The position numbers were made by a program, and so were the translations under genes. Positions 25,344 through 37,577 of a stretch of 64,000 nt of DNA are shown piece by piece. The number at the start of each line of letters is the position of its first letter. Within the stretch, counting starts at the first letter, position 1. The notes below the pieces were generated by a model, which saw only the letters and a program-made list of their open reading frames with translations, was not told where the DNA came from and did no database searches. Location: contig CALSCP010000335.1 of NCBI GenBank assembly GCA_943704425.1, positions 50,772 to 114,771 of the forward strand, written 5' to 3'. The DNA comes from Ministeria vibrans ATCC 50519 (lineage: Eukaryota > Protista > Filasterea).

Positions 25344-26768
25344 TTATTTGGGGACAGCCTGGTAACCTACAACACGCCACAAAAGTATGAGAAAAACACA
25401 CAATAAGAATGTGCTTCTTACCGTTGCCCTTGCTGCGGATTTCGCGGGCACCCTGCATGGTGGCAAGGAAGCCGCACATCCAGCAGGCGCAGCAGTCACC
25501 GAGAGCGTTTCCCTCAATTCCGTACTTCTACAAATTTTGCAAAGGGAACAGTTTAGAATAATAATAATATGTAAGGTTGAATGGGCGTATCGTTGGTGTA
25601 CCTGACGGAGCTGTCCACGCCACAAGAAAGCAACGATGGGCTGGAGGAAGCAGAACATGCAGCAGTTTCCGCACCAGACCTCATCACCGGGGCTGACACA
25701 GCCGGTCGACTTGAAGGGAGCGACGCAAGGCTTGAAGAGGGTGTCGGCGCCGAAGATGGACTTCTCTGTGTCGACGTAGTATGCGTTCTGCACGGGCATC
25801 AGGCAACCACCGAGGGCGGCACCGACGACTATAAAAATAATAACAATTCAAAGTATTTAGAAGAAGAAGCATACAATCCATTAAAATAATACTAAAAAAT
25901 AATAGTAATGCAGAGCGAGAAAAAAAAAGTGAAAAAACCTCTGTCTGCTCAGTCTCCTCTCCAAACAATCCACCCGTATCCCCTCCATCTGCAATGCCCC
26001 TTATGCAGCCCACGCGGGTATTCGTTTGGTGGAGCAATAGGGAAACACAGAAAAAACGGCCTCGCCCACACGAAAAAAAAATCGTGGGTACATGCAGCGC
26101 GCTGGGAGGCACGCCGTGGTGTGGCGTTACCAACACACACGTCCAGCAACGGCTTGGGGGGTGTGGGCAGCGGCCAACGCCCCGCTCTCGTGGGGAACCC
26201 GATGCTGCAACGGCCACAAAAAAAAATTCTTTTGCGAATTCGCCGTTGTCAACGGACAACTGCCTTGCAGTGGGCAAGGACACGCGCCAAAGCAGCGATG
26301 GTAGGCACTGCTAGGCAGGCACGCACGAGCGGCACGCGGACAAACGGCTGCAGAGCTTTTTTTTTTTCGCAACGCTTTTTTTTTTTTGCAGTGCATCTCA
26401 TGCGCTGTTGCATTTGGGCACGCCAACGATACACAGGGGCAACCCAGCGTGTAAGTAGCGGCTACGGCTGAGCAGCGCAGTAGATCCACCATGGCAATGG
26501 GCAAACACAGACGACAAACTCTTTTTTTTTTCTAGAGTATTAAGACACGCGGACAACTCCTGGGGTTAGGCAGCCCGCAGACAGGTCACGCGTGGCACAG
26601 GGCGGCGGCCAAGGCAGACTGTGTGCCCGTGGGAGCATTCGCAATCGCACACACCGTGTTGGTTCAAGGAGGACAAGAGCGAGCTTTTTTTTTTTTTTTC
26701 TTCTTCTTACAGATGTAGAAGTCATCGAAGATTCCCGTGAAGAGACCGGTAGACCACTGACCAGACAT
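25344..26768 (-). CDS. PLAC8/cornifelin family Cys-rich protein, four exons, long first intron
   Basis: Exon 1 MSGQWSTGLFTGIFDDFYI (phase 1) splices in frame to FVGAALGGCLMP; WRGQLRQ|KYGIEGNALGDCCACWMCGFLATMQGAREI. Confidence 0.85.
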
Positions 26769-27278
26769 AATTAAGTTTTATAAGTCGATTCGGTGAAACT
26801 GAGGAAAACGCAGTGAACGAACTCAAGTTGAATCGCGATCAACAAAACGAAGAAGGAAATCTCGCAGTACGGCTCAACACCAATAACAGTGCCGCTTTCT
26901 TTTTTATTGTTTCGCGGTATTTGTGCCGAAGGGCTTGTCGGCTGATGAAATATGAATGTAGAATGATGAATGATGATTCGTTATCAGTTACGACCCAGAG
27001 GAACCTGCGAACTCACGTGCGAACTGGTGGTGACTGTGTTATCAGAGTGAGTATGCAGTCTTGAAGTTAAAGAGCAATGAACACCTCTAGAGGACTGGCA
27101 AGTGGCAACTGGCAACTGGCAAGTGAGTGGAAAGCGACAACGGCTTGGCGATGGGTTAGTCGGTGATAGCCTCATTTTTCATAGCACACACTAAGAGTCT
27201 AAGACTGATACTAAAAAGGATAACCTCTGAATAATTCATAATTATTATTGATTATTCACTGTTGAACTAACATCTACA

Positions 27279-29710
27279 ATGGGGGATCGTGACGACATTG
27301 GCTTGAAGCGTGTCGTCGATCCATTTGCCGTGCTCAACGAGACGGTAGAAGAAAAGGCGCTGCGTCTGCTGCAAAATCGTTTGGCGGACGCGTGCGAGAC
27401 ATCATCGGCAGCCGACGTGAATCAGCTACTGGCGGAGGCGACCAAGAAAGGCCTTCGGTGCGATGCCATCCGTGACATGTACGGCCTCACGCTGCTTCAT
27501 CGCGCGGTCATCGGGGAGCGCGGCGAGACGGTGCGAATGCTTGTTGCAGAGCCTTTTTCCGTATCGCCCAATATCATGTCCGACGGCGAGTCGCCCGGCA
27601 CGCCGCTGCACTACGCCTGCAAGGGACACCATGCAGCCATGTAAGCAAAATAATGGCTCGTTGTGACTTTATATTACACACTGTGTGTGTGAGAGAGAGT
27701 GTGTGTGTGATGGATCAAAATCCACGTTTTAAAATAATGCGATTTTTCTCTTTGCAAAGGATCGACATTCTTTGCGAGGTGGGCGCCGACCCATTGGTTC
27801 CGGATGCGCAAGGGTTTACAGCGCAACATTTGGCGGTGCTCTTTGACAATTGCATGATTGCGACGTACTTTCTGATTGTTGCTGGCGTGCCCATCGACGT
27901 GCGCGATGCAGAGCAGCGGACGCCCCTGATGTGGGCCATGAAGCGCTCGTGCAGCGCCTCCATGGTGAGGCTTATGTTTCAACACGGCGCCGACATCAAC
28001 GCCGTTGACTACGAAGGACTCACGCCCGCGCATTTTGCTGCGCAAATCGGCAATGCCGGTGGCTGGCAGATGCTCATGAGCCAAGGCGCGCGCACCGACA
28101 TCCGCAACGCCAAGGGCGACACCTCCGCCGAGCTTGCCATTGAGACGGGTCACAACGAGCTCTTGTCCAAAGCAAAGGTTTCCGTCAAAGAGTTGCGCAA
28201 AAGTGTGCCCTTTCAGACCCGCTACCGCATCAATCAGTTTCTTATTCCTCTGTTTCTCTTTTCCGCGCTCACTCTCTTTCCCATCTCCACTGTCTACCCC
28301 TATCAATCACTTGGTGCCCTTGTACTTATTGTTTTTGCCTATCTTCGCGTAAATCGGTACTATGGCATTGGCGAAGACGGTACGCACAAAAAGACATCTT
28401 AGCGACAGTAACATAGATACTAATAATAATGATTAATTTTTGTTTTATTATATTTTTCTTTTTTTCAGATTTGAACCCGTCGACTTCGTCTCTTGCTCAA
28501 ATGTCTTTTGTGGTCTCCATTTTGACCTACTTTTACATATTGTATGACCGCGTGTGGGCGCAATTTGGTCTCGTCGATTTTGCCTTCATGGTCTTTACTG
28601 GTATGAAAATAATAATAATAATTATTATAATAAAAATATTATTAATAATAATAATAATAGCTATAATTAATTTATTATTATTTTATTGGTAGGGCTCATT
28701 GTGTTTCCGTGGTATAGTCTTGCTCAGAGCGATCCTGGCTACCTTGACGCCGTTTCATCAGACCACGACACTAACACCAAGAGACTCAAGGTACGAGCGT
28801 TTGGGTTTGTGCAGAGCATCACAGGAACGAGTGAATTGATTGTACTAATTTTGCAGGAGTGCCTTCGCGCTGAGCTGTCAGACAAAGAATTCTGCATTAC
28901 ATGTTTGATTCGCAAGCCACTGCGATCGAAACATTGTCGCAAGTGCCATCGTTGTGTGGCTGTACTCGATCATCACTGTCCTGTACGTCCTGAAATCTCA
29001 TATGCGTGTACAATATTTTATTGTTATTAACATTCTTTCATCATCGTGCAACTCTTTGACAGTGGCTCAACACATGCATTGGATGGAAGAACCGTCGTCG
29101 TTTTGTCGCCGTGTCTGTGTATCTTTTGCTCTGTGAGCTGTGGCTGTCCCACGTACTCGCCGCATACGTTACATCGGTGTTGGCAGACGCTGGCCAATAC
29201 GTAACACAACCACGTACTTTTATTCATATTTGCTGATACATTGAGCATATTCTGTAGGATCTGGGTTGGCGTGCGTGGCAGCACAGTGGGTGGCTCGCGT
29301 CGCCATGGGTGTTTGGGCTGTACTGGTGGTGCACCGGCAATCTGGTGTATCACATTGCGGTTATGTCGCTGCAAGCGTACCTCATTGGATCGGCCGTGAC
29401 CAGCAACGAGATGCTCAACAGCTACAAGTACGAGTACTTTTGGACGCATATGGCGGGCGGGCGGCCCAGCAGCGACGACAGCGACGAGAATGATGGCCAC
29501 GGGCACAGCCATGAGGGGGGCCAGTGCAATGGCAACCATGGGACGAAGAAGAAGAAGGAGCCCGAGCCCACCAATCCCTTTAGCGGCGGCTGTATTTCCA
29601 ACTGGCTTGACTTTGTCCGTCTGCGGCGCTCTTCCGTTGCCACCATCGACTGGTCACGCTACTATGAGCTCGACGAGCGTGCCCACTCCTTTGCCCACCA
29701 CAGTGTCTAG
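27279..29710 (+). CDS. ZDHHC17: Ankyrin-repeat DHHC palmitoyltransferase (AKR1/ZDHHC17/13 family)
   Basis: Several ankyrin repeats (TPLHYAC, TPLMWA, TPAHFAA), TM helices, [36 protein letters not shown]|[28 protein letters not shown]. Confidence 0.9.
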
Positions 29711-29765
29711 ATTATTTATGATTGTTTTGCTTTTTTTTTGTTACTTTGAAGGACGTTAGTTTCAT

Positions 29766-30843
29766 TCACGGTAGCTTGTCGTCCTCTTGGAGGAATCGCC
29801 TGATGTAAGGAATCCAAAAGTCGGGCACGATTTTAGTGCAGCGGTCGACATCGGCACAGGGCCAGATGGCAATGCGCTGCACACGGGCCTTGTGAAGGGC
29901 GTCGAAGCGCATGGCGACGTCGGTCTCGTTGAGCGGCGCATCGCCGTAGGTGATGAGCCCAATAGCAAGATGTTCTGGTGCAAACGCAGCCTGGGCGCGC
30001 GCCAGGCCGGTCTGGAACGAGTGAAAACTCGTCGCATACGTGTCCATGGTAATGCCAATGTCGAGGGCGGATTCGCCAAGCAGCGTGAAGTTCCACAGGG
30101 CACTCCACGAGGCCATGTCGGCCGTGGTGTCAATGTGGTGTGGGTGGAGTGCCCTGGACGCGGCAGTCAGGAACGAGGCATAGTGGGCGCCGTCGAGGGT
30201 AGTGCCGTTGCCAGCCTCAAAGTCGAAGTTGACCGCTGAACGGGCGAGAAGATGCGCAAGGTGTGTGTGTGTGTGTGAGCGAAAAGTGAGCTTGATAGTC
30301 GTGCGCTCGTCGTACCTTGGAAGGGCTGGGCTTTCGATGCTTCGACGACGGCAGCAAAGAACGGATCGGGGTTGGCAAAGAGTTGGCGACAGTACTCAAT
30401 GTCGGTCGAGCGTCGATGGGGGTCCTGCAAGAGCACATGAGCAAGCGCGGTGGGACACTGGAGGGGGGTACCTGGTCATGGTAGGTGGAAATCATGGGAA
30501 TGCGCTTGACGGAGGCGGGCAGGAGCGCACCAACTTGCGTGAGAAAGGTGTTGTTGAGCAGAGTGGAGTGCGGTCCAAGGTTGTACGCTTCATACGACAC
30601 CGCCTGCACCAGCCCCTCGCCTGCCAGCTGGTGTATTTCGGCGAGATCAACCTGGAGTCGCAGAGTGTAACGAGTGCCATTATTGAGAGAGAGAGAGAGA
30701 GATAGAGTGTGTATGTGTGAATGGTTTACATCGATGTTCTCATGCAAACGCTCCAATGGCATCCACACCATCACTTCTTTGCTAAAGGAGTGTACGGCAC
30801 ACCCAAACAGCACGGCAACGATACACAGCCAGGAGTGCGCCAT
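29766..30843 (-). CDS. Secreted GH18-like (TIM-barrel glycoside hydrolase) protein, multi-exon
   Basis: Signal peptide MAHSWLCIVAVLFG; VNFDFE in the position of the GH18 DxDxE motif; ITMDTY; LAIGL; IAIW. Confidence 0.6.
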
Positions 30844-30962
30844 TGGACAAATTTGTATCGACAAATCACAAAAGTTTAAATGAAAAATTGATAATAATAA
30901 CATTGGGTTTATTCGTTTATATATTTACAGAAAAAAGGTACAGATGACACAGCTCAAGCGAG

Positions 30963-31772
30963 TTAGTACTTGTACTTGGTCGAGTAGTCCTTTTGGGAGA
31001 TGACGAGGCCGCGTCCCTTACGTGCGCCACGATAGACTGTTTCCAGCAGATCAATGAGCTCCTGTTCGTCTTCAATTGCCCAGTTCACCTTGTTGTTGTT
31101 GCCTGTCCCCAAATCAACCATAATGTGCTAAAGGAAACAAGTGCGCAATGCGCACGTGTGTGAGAAAGGCACAACAAAAGCGAGAGGCGAAAGAAACAAA
31201 GTGAGAGAGAAAGAACCAAAGTGATGGACGGACAGGACAACACACAATCATTACCTTGTTACGGTAGAAGAACATCGTGGCACACGGGTCGTACAGCTCG
31301 TACATTTTGTTGAAGTCTGGTACGTCGGTAATGTCCACGAGGTAGATGACAGCAAAGTTTTTCACCTGAGTCAGTGCAAAAGAACGTTGAATGATGGAAT
31401 GAGAGCGGCACACAAACGAACAAACGACGATTCGTGATTAGTACCTTCTCTGCGACACGAAACAGCGTCTCGTCCATCTACACAGACACAAGAGCAAGTG
31501 GAAGTCAGTGTGGTGCGTCTTGGCACGCAGCGCAGGGCAAGGGCCCGCCCCACCGACGGCGGATGCGCTTGCGTTCTCACCTTCATGCAAGTGGGGTCCC
31601 AATCGTGCCCAAATCGCAACACAACGACCTTTTCTTCCTCCGTCACAATGGCCTGGTCGACTTGCCAGCCATTGGTTAAGTGCTATGCGCGAGAGGGCGA
31701 GCGAGGACGAGCGGGGGGGGGTGAGAAGGGCTTTGCTTTGTGATGCGCTCGTACCATGAGCATATACGACAT
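30963..31772 (-). CDS. TXNL4A: U5 snRNP thioredoxin-like protein Dim1
   Basis: MSYMLMHLTNGWQVDQAIVTEEEKVVVLRFGHDWDPTCMK|VDETL..VKNFAVIYLVDITDVPDFNKMYELYDPC..GRGLVISQKDYSTKYKY. Confidence 0.97.
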
Positions 31773-31942
31773 GGTGGTGCGTTCTTATGGTGGAGGACAG
31801 GGAGAAGGGGAAAGAATTCAGCGAAAGGAATGAGAAGATATTAAATAGTGTTACTTTAGAGTTTAGACTCTCGTGAAATGTGAACTGATGAGTTATGAGT
31901 AAACCGATTATCTCGATTTAGAGTCGATTACTTTATTTAGTG

Positions 31943-32028
31943 ATGCTGTTAATAAGAAGAGGAGTGAGCTCGTCGGCAGTTGCTCGGAAGGCAGGCTTCT
32001 TCAAGAAAGTCACGTCGTTATTTCAAGG
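31943..32028 (+). CDS. First exon encoding a mitochondrial-presequence-like peptide (COQ7's own exon 1 or that of another gene)
   Basis: MLLIRRGVSSSAVARKAGFFKKVTSLFQ followed by a GTAATA donor (phase 2). Confidence 0.5.
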
Positions 32029-32113
32029 GTAATAAGACGAAAGTATATCTTTTTTTTTTTTTTTTTTTTTTTTTTTGCGTTAGTGTCTGACACAAGTTTT
32101 CTCCTTCGCACAG

Positions 32114-32605
32114 AATTGCTCGTCAAGCACCGCGTACGGCCTTCTGTCTTCCACCCGTTGTGGGCTGCAGCGGGCTACTCTGTGGGTACGTAACAACGAC
32201 CGAGGACTGCCATGGCAGGCGCTGTGAGGTGATCATGGTTGTTTTGCTCAGGCGTTGCATCGGCTCTGCTGGGCAAAGAGGCTGCCATGGCACTCACTGT
32301 CAATGTGGAAACGGTCATTGGCGAACACTACAACGATCAGTTGCGTGAGCTGCACGAACTTGATCCGGAGGACAAAGAGCTCAAGGATCTCAAAGAGGTA
32401 CATCACGACTCTTTCGTCATTGGCGTTTTCTTCTACGTGTCTCTCTTCTTCTTCGTAGACCATCCGACAATTCCGCGACGAAGAACTGGAACACTTGGAC
32501 ACAGGCCTGAAACACGACGCGGAAAGCACACCACTGTACGGCGCAGTGTCGCAGTTGGTCCAGGGCGGTTGTCGTGCAGCTATTTGGGTCGCATCGCGCT
32601 TCTAA
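32114..32605 (+). CDS. COQ7: Ubiquinone biosynthesis di-iron hydroxylase COQ7, C-terminal half only
   Basis: ELLVKHRVRPSVFHPLWAAAGY; SALLGKEAAMALTVNVETVIGEHYNDQLREL; IRQFRDEELEHLDTGL; GCRAAIWVASRF. The RVDHAGE and first ExxH helices are not found. Confidence 0.9.
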
Positions 32606-32716
32606 CCTGACGATGACTTGCGTGTTGTTTTTGTATTTAGGTGTATCTATTTTTCCGTGAATAATAATAATAAATATTTTATTATGATTTGGTTCATTCG
32701 TTTTCATTTTTTTTCT

Positions 32717-34547
32717 TCATACAAAGCCATAGCGAGGGAAGTTGCGTGGGAAGTGGTCATGCTTGTGGCGGCGTGCGTCGTGGCGGCGAAAGTGTTCTGC
32801 GTCGGACGGCAGACGATCCGGACGGCAGAGGTCCTCCTGCGCTCGGTGCAGATCTGCTTGCATCTTTGCTCGTGCCTCACGTTGCCGTTGGCGTCGCTCT
32901 GCTGCGTGAGCTTGTGTCGCAATGCGATTGTTGTGGCGTTCGCGCGCCAGTTGCTCCGTGGCCAACGCAATACGATCGCGATACAGCGTCTCCAGTGCAT
33001 CTGCTGCCTGTGCCGCCGACTTTGCCTCTCGCACACGACGATCCCGCACCACTCGTTGACCGTCGCGTTGTTCCTCACGCTCACGCTCAAGCAGCTCGCG
33101 TAACAGTCGTCGGTGATGGCGTTCCTCGCGCGTACGCACCTGTGTCGCCCGTTGCTGCTGCGCGAGCGCAATGTCAGTGTTCACCCGACGTGCCTCGGCT
33201 GCCTGAGCACGCGCACTTGCACGCGCTGCGCGTGCTCGCAAGTCGACTGCGCGTGCCGCATGCACCTGCGCCAGACGCGCCTCGAGGTCCGCATCGCGCT
33301 GTACCTGTTCCGATGCATACGCGTGACGCAGGCGGTCACGATGCTCAAGCGCGATCGTCGCGGGTGCCAGGGGCAAATGCGGTAGTGTAGTGTCGACCAA
33401 TTGCGCAATGTGTTTGCTCGCAATGGGTGCGCGACGACGTGTTATACGTCCAGCAGGTACTGTGGCAGTGGTGACGCTTGGCCGCGGGTACAGTTGTGGC
33501 GTGTGTTTACGGTGGCGAGCAGCACCGTTCCCTCCTCTGATCGTCTTGTCGTCGTAGTGGCGGCTGTTGGACGCACCTCGTCTCAGCATTGTGTCTTCAT
33601 CGTTCGCGCGCACCTGTCGACGGTGCTGTTCGAGCGAAATGCGCGCACGGTGCGCCTCGAGGCGGCGGATCAAGTGTAACAGCTGCTCGTGTTCGTCGTC
33701 AAGCGGACCCGCTTGTACGCCTCGCATGATCTCATCGTACGCTGCATCCAGTGCGTTCTCGGCGCGTCCCAGTTCACTGGCGAGTGTCGCGTCAGGCAGC
33801 GCACGCAGGTACATTTCTTGCTCGTAGCGGTCCTCGTCCGTCTCATCCTCCAGTGCCCCCGCAAGCGTCACCTCCGGATACGCGTGCCCATCGGACATTG
33901 CAGACTCCGTCTCTTCTTCATGTTGGCCCCATTGGCTTGGCGCATCTTCGTCTTCGTCTTCGTCTTCGTCTTCGTTGTCTTCGTCGTAGTTGAACTTTCT
34001 AACAGCGCTTCGCTCTTCCTCGCTCTCGTTGACTTGGCCATGCTGCGCACGTGCCCTTTTCTCGTTGTTCATGCAGTCTAGCAGGTCGTCCAGGGCGTAC
34101 TCGGGCGGTAGCGTGTCGTCGGTGCTTTTTGTGGGCATAAGCCAAAGTTTGTACAGACGCTCGAACAGTTGGGAGCGCGCATGCTCGTCTCCATGGACAA
34201 GGTCGCAGCCTCGAATGCGCCACAGTGTAGAGTCGCCTTCGTATGTCCCCACGTAGTCAAGAGCGCTCTGAATTTGGTCCGATTCGTCGGACGTCTACGA
34301 AATAACAAATCCAAAACGTGACGTTTTTCAAAAATGCCGCCCACACACTTTTTTCCAAGTCGCTTTCGCATCATACCTCCGGCACTTGCCATTGTGGGTA
34401 CATCTCGTGGAAGATGGATATAATGAGGCGTGGCGTAAGTTCATCGTACGACTCTACCGAGTCTTTGTCAAGCGTCGCAAGCAAAACGTTGGCGTAGCGC
34501 AATTTCTCCGCCGCCGTCGAGTCTGTCGACGACCACGACGACTCCAT
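32717..34547 (-). CDS. CEP95: CEP95-like centrosomal coiled-coil protein, two exons
   Basis: N-terminal region (LRYANVLL..IRGCDLVHGDEHARSQLFERL) and C-terminal LETLYRDRIALATEQLARER..QREARAKMQADL..HFRRHDA resemble the conserved CEP95 ends. Confidence 0.65.
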
Positions 34548-34697
34548 CGTGTTTTTATTCGTGTACTCTTATTGCAAATATCAAAACTCAATCAAACAAA
34601 AAAAAAATAGTTTACGCGGAAATCAATAGAGAAATGTAGCTTCCTCTTCCTTTTCTATAAACAACGGTTACTGTATTACTCTCTCTCCCTCTCTTGA

Positions 34698-37097
34698 TCA
34701 TCTTGGACGAAGACGCTTGCGCATTTCTTGAGCACGTTGCTCCGTCTCGAGCTGTCGCTTGCGGCGCACAACAGGCGACCAGCGCAAACCGGGCGACTCG
34801 GGCGCACGGAGGTTCTCCTTGGCACGGTTCATCACGGGGCTCTGAGGCACCTGTCCCATGCGATACTGCGCCACCACCTTGGAACATCGTTGTTTGCGCG
34901 ACGACTCATCACTTGTACCCTGACTTGCATCCTGCAATTCACTCATGGGCGATCGTGCAGCAGCAGCAGCAGCAGCAGACCTTTTTCCTCGACGACGAGG
35001 CGCATCTGCCGTTGCCACAGCCGCCTCCTTGGTCTCTGTGGTGGTCGTACGTGGTCGCAACTCTTCAAACTTCTTCCAGTCAAACGAGATGCACTGCTTC
35101 TCCGAGTCGTCGCCGGGACAGTCAGCCAGGAGCGCGTCAAAGAGGGCGCGCAATCCATCGTAGTTGGGATCTTCCGTAAACTTTAGCGCTCGCACAGCAC
35201 GCAAATACTGCAAAAACGCATCGGGGAGGCCCTATATATACACGGAGTTTTTAAGGAACATGCACATGTTATTTGGTGTGTAGCTCGTTACTTTGCAGAG
35301 TTGCTTGGGCGTAATCTTCTCCTTGGCGCGGAGCATGTCTTCATCGCGCTCCGACAGCGACACGTCCATGAGGTTGGACCAAGGCAGCTGTCCACGCATA
35401 AGGTAAATAAAGAGATAGGCCAGCGACTCAAGATCATCACGTCGGCTCTGCTCTGCGCCCCGCATTGCATTCACCGACATGTACGCCTTGGTACCCGTCG
35501 CGCCGCTCTGGGCCTATAAAAACCCCCCAGCTCCATGAGTACAGACGATATATAAATAGATAGAGGAGGAAGAAACAAGACGATAAAGAGAGAGAGAGAG
35601 AGAGAAGAAAAATGATAGAGAGAGAGAGAGGAGGGAGAAAGATACAAAGTGATAGAGAGAGAGAGAGAGAAAAGGAAACAAGGTGAAAGAGAGAGACCAA
35701 AAAAAAAAAAACAAAAAACAAAAAAGAACTTACTTCGTTGTAGGGAATGTGTCGTGATCTTTTGCGATATTGCTTGGTCAGCCCAAAGTCAATAATGTAA
35801 ACCTAAACAAATTAATAATAATAAAATTAATAAACAAATATTATCAACAATGAGTTGTATGTGTCAGTTTGCTCGTACGGTGGAGCTCTTGGAGCCCTGA
35901 CCCATGCAAAAATTGTCGGGTTTGACATCCTGATGAACAAAGTTGTGTTCGTGAAGCCACTGCAAAAGGGAAATCATTTGGCGCGCCAGCAAGCACACAG
36001 TCTACGCACACGCGCACACAATATCATGTAGAGTGAGTGTTGTTTCCTAGTTACATCGTATGCGATACCGAAAGTGAGAAACAGCGGTTGCAGTAGTTGA
36101 AAAGGTCTTCGACAGAGGGACCCAACAGTTCCATGACAACAGCGTAGCCTCCATTGCGGCAGTTTGTATTGGGGCCCGACCAAAGCAATCGTGCTACGCC
36201 ACTGCATCCCTGAATCGCTTTGTACACGCTCACTTCGTTCTGAAGCTGATCTTCGTCTGCATCTTCAACTTTGATGGCAATCTGTGCACCTATTTAACAA
36301 AAACAACATTAGACCGCACACTGAGGGTATCACCATGACAAAACAAGCTCGCATGATACACAACACACCAATTCCCATGCCATGCTAGCGTGCAATAGAG
36401 CAACACAGTCGTTGTTCGGCCGCAATGGGTGACGTGCCAAATTTGAAAAATGCAAACGTCAAGGAGCGAACCGCAAAAGATGTGTACCTCGCGACGATTT
36501 GCTACTTTCGAACTCGCCATAACACACACACCACAATAATACCGGGATTAGGGGCAAAAAAGATGGCGTTCGCTCCATGGGGAGCGAGACAATCGGGGGG
36601 TTTCAGAAAGTGTCAAACTTGTCAAAAAAACAAGTTCATCAAACACCACCGATACCAACACTGCAGTACGCCTGTTGGTGTTTATACACTACGCAATGCA
36701 ATCCCAAATGCCAGCATGCGCTTGGAAGGCACCCTAGTCTCAACGGGAAGCGAATGCCGGTTTATTTGAAGTTTGTTGGTTGGTCGTCTGGTGGACAAAG
36801 AGACTCCTCATGCATATTCTCTCGTCTCACACGCAGTACCCAATGCAATCAAAGAGTCATCGTCACATCGACCAGCGCGATGCAACGCGACAAAAGTCGC
36901 AGAATCCTTTTTTTTTTCTTTTTTTTTTTCTGCTATTTCTCACCTGTTGATTTTGCTGTGCCGCGGTAGGCTCGACCAAACGAGCCGCTGCCAATGAGCT
37001 TTTCAATCACAAACTCGCCACCGTTGAGCGAGCGTTGCATTTCAGACGACAAAGAAATAATTTGATTCTTTGATTGAACGGCCTTTGGCACAGCCAT
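34698..37097 (-). CDS. Divergent casein kinase 1 family kinase, multi-exon
   Basis: IGSGSFG, IAIKVE, VMELLGPSVEDLFNYCNR, HQDVKPDNF, IIDFGL, GTKAYMSVNA, EQSRRDDLESL, LPWS, FTEDPNY. Confidence 0.9.
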
Positions 37098-37577
37098 TGC
37101 ACGCGTTGTTCGTCGTCCTTCAGAAAGACCAGGCTCTGCATTTCCACTAGGAAGCAAAGTGATCAGCGCCTTCGCCGGACAACACCGTTTTGACAGATTT
37201 GAGCGTCGAGCGAATTAAAACGCGAATTTTCACGTTTGCGCTTGTCTTCGATCTCTTCACAAACCCCATTGACACAAGCACAATGCAGCAGTGGTAGGGA
37301 AGTTATGGCGAGAGACCGCAGTGGCGGCTGCGCATTCAAAGCGGTTTGGCGCCAATTGTGTGTTTTTATTTTGATTACCAACTTTTGGCGGCAAGTTCGC
37401 CAGAAAGACGAGGGGAGCAGCGCAACGGCATAGTTGTACGAGAAGTAGTAATAAAGGATGCCAGCTATCAAATAAGCGGTATAATACTATAGTCTATAAT
37501 AACTATCAAAATAAAAAACCAAAATGTTTAACACCAAAATTACTTGAAGAGAATTTGACTTCTTTTAATTCATTCGG

